From Pseudomonadota bacterium (GTDB taxonomy: Bacteria > Desulfobacterota > Binatia > UBA12015): a stretch of DNA of 64,000 bases. The number at the start of each line of letters is the position of its first letter. Positions within the stretch are counted from its first letter, which is position 1. The stretch spans positions 3,344 to 67,343 of the forward strand of contig SXLG01000092.1 in assembly GCA_005777805.1 (NCBI GenBank). Reading direction: 5' to 3'. Both the position numbers and the translations under genes were made by a program. Below are positions 63,375 through 64,000 of this stretch, piece after piece. The notes below the pieces were generated by a model. The model ran no database searches and was not told where the DNA came from. It saw only the letters and a list, made by a program, of their open reading frames with translations.

Positions 63375-64000
63375 GGCTTCTCTTCCCGCGCCGGGTTGGC
63401 GCGCTGCGGGGTGGCGGGCCAGCGCGGCGACGCCACCCGGTGCGAGCCGAGCCAGGCCACAACATCGCTGATTTCGCCGTTCGTCAGCGGGGTCTCCCCC
63501 CGGCCACCCCGGTAATCGGGCATCCCGAGATCGGTCCGCCCAAAGATCACGGCCGAACGCAGCGCCTGATCGCTGACCAGCGCCAGATAGGACGGATCGA
63601 CCAGCGACCCCGGCGCGAGTCCCCCCTCGCCCGTTGCACCGTGGCAGAGGGCACAGCGCGCCGCGAAGACCGCGGCCCCGCGCTGCGTTGCCCCAAGGTC
63701 GCCCGCGGGCGCGGACCCGACCGACCAGGCCGGCAAACCTCGATTGGCGAGCGGCGTGCCTTGCCAGCGAGCGCGGAGTCCGGTCACGAGCAAATCGATC
63801 TGCGTGTCGGTGAGGGCACCGCCCTCGCTCATCGCGAAAGCCGGCATCTCGGTGCCTTCGATCCCCCGTGTCACCACGTCACGGACGTCGGCATCGCGGA
63901 CCACATGCCAGTAGAGCCCATCGGCGAGCGGCCTTGCCGCGCCGAGCTTTCCCTCGGCGCCGTGGCAGCCGGCGCAGTTGCCCGCGTAGAGAACGTTCAC
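63371..64000 (-). CDS. Diheme c-type cytochrome, C-terminal ~209 aa (5' end outside the window)
   Basis: Two CxxCH sites (CAGCHGAEG and CALCHGATG), each followed by a ...MP... distal-Met context. First gene of the minus-strand cyt c - Rieske - cyt b/c operon. Confidence 0.85.
   Translation of the reverse strand: MNVLYAGNCAGCHGAEGKLGAARPLADGLYWHVVRDADVRDVVTRGIEGTEMPAFAMSEGGALTDTQIDLLVTGLRARWQGTPLANRGLPAWSVGSAPAGDLGATQRGAAVFAARCALCHGATGEGGLAPGSLVDPSYLALVSDQALRSAVIFGRTDLGMPDYRGGRGETPLTNGEISDVVAWLGSHRVASPRWPATPQRANPAREEKP

Overview
This is a high-GC (about 70% by eye), gene-dense bacterial chromosomal segment. I support about 45 protein-coding genes. I recognised no rRNA, tRNA, CRISPR array, transposase or integrase. 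Every family name below comes from reading motifs in the translations; no database search was run. The six-frame track is dominated by long Arg/Ala/Gly/Pro-rich shadow ORFs typical of high-GC DNA. I kept a frame only when it showed a recognisable domain signature, a signal peptide or RBS, or start/stop coupling to a neighbour.

Content from left to right:
- A partial TonB-dependent receptor.
- A Rieske protein followed by a secreted PHM/DBH-like copper-monooxygenase candidate.
- Many secreted or lipoproteins: two beta-helix proteins, an HExxH metalloprotease with TSP3 repeats, a DUF1566-like protein, a clan-CD peptidase-PDZ-thioredoxin fusion, a Big_2 array, a sulfatase-like protein and a PHP-type metallohydrolase.
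- Housekeeping genes: HtrA, cardiolipin synthase, acyl-CoA dehydrogenase plus a family III CoA-transferase, and a cytochrome bc operon.
- Toxin-antitoxin material: an orphan HicA, an intact VapBC pair and a decayed RHH/PIN pair.
- A solitary dnaE2 next to a roughly 1100-aa STAND/AAA_16 ATPase.
- A CtaG-like/FixG-like membrane fusion followed by a FixH-like gene.

The Myxococcus-type Cys-rich repeat (CGNG..E.CDDGN) and the recurring secreted-protein module suggest a Myxococcota or delta-proteobacteria-like MAG. That is inference only.

I cannot show that this window holds a complete undescribed system. The strongest candidates for follow-up are:
1. The Rieske plus cytochrome-c-like plus PHM-like copper monooxygenase locus (1452-4376).
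2. The CtaG/FixG fusion plus FixH-like pair (49654-52928).
3. A GAACA-N-TGTTC palindrome family at three sites (near 4.9 kb, 48.97 kb and 49.2 kb), two of them inside a 0.7 kb unresolved locus.
4. The dnaE2/STAND-ATPase block, which abuts and appears to have truncated a toxin-antitoxin locus.
5. A 763-aa orphan protein with 57-bp in-frame tandem repeats.
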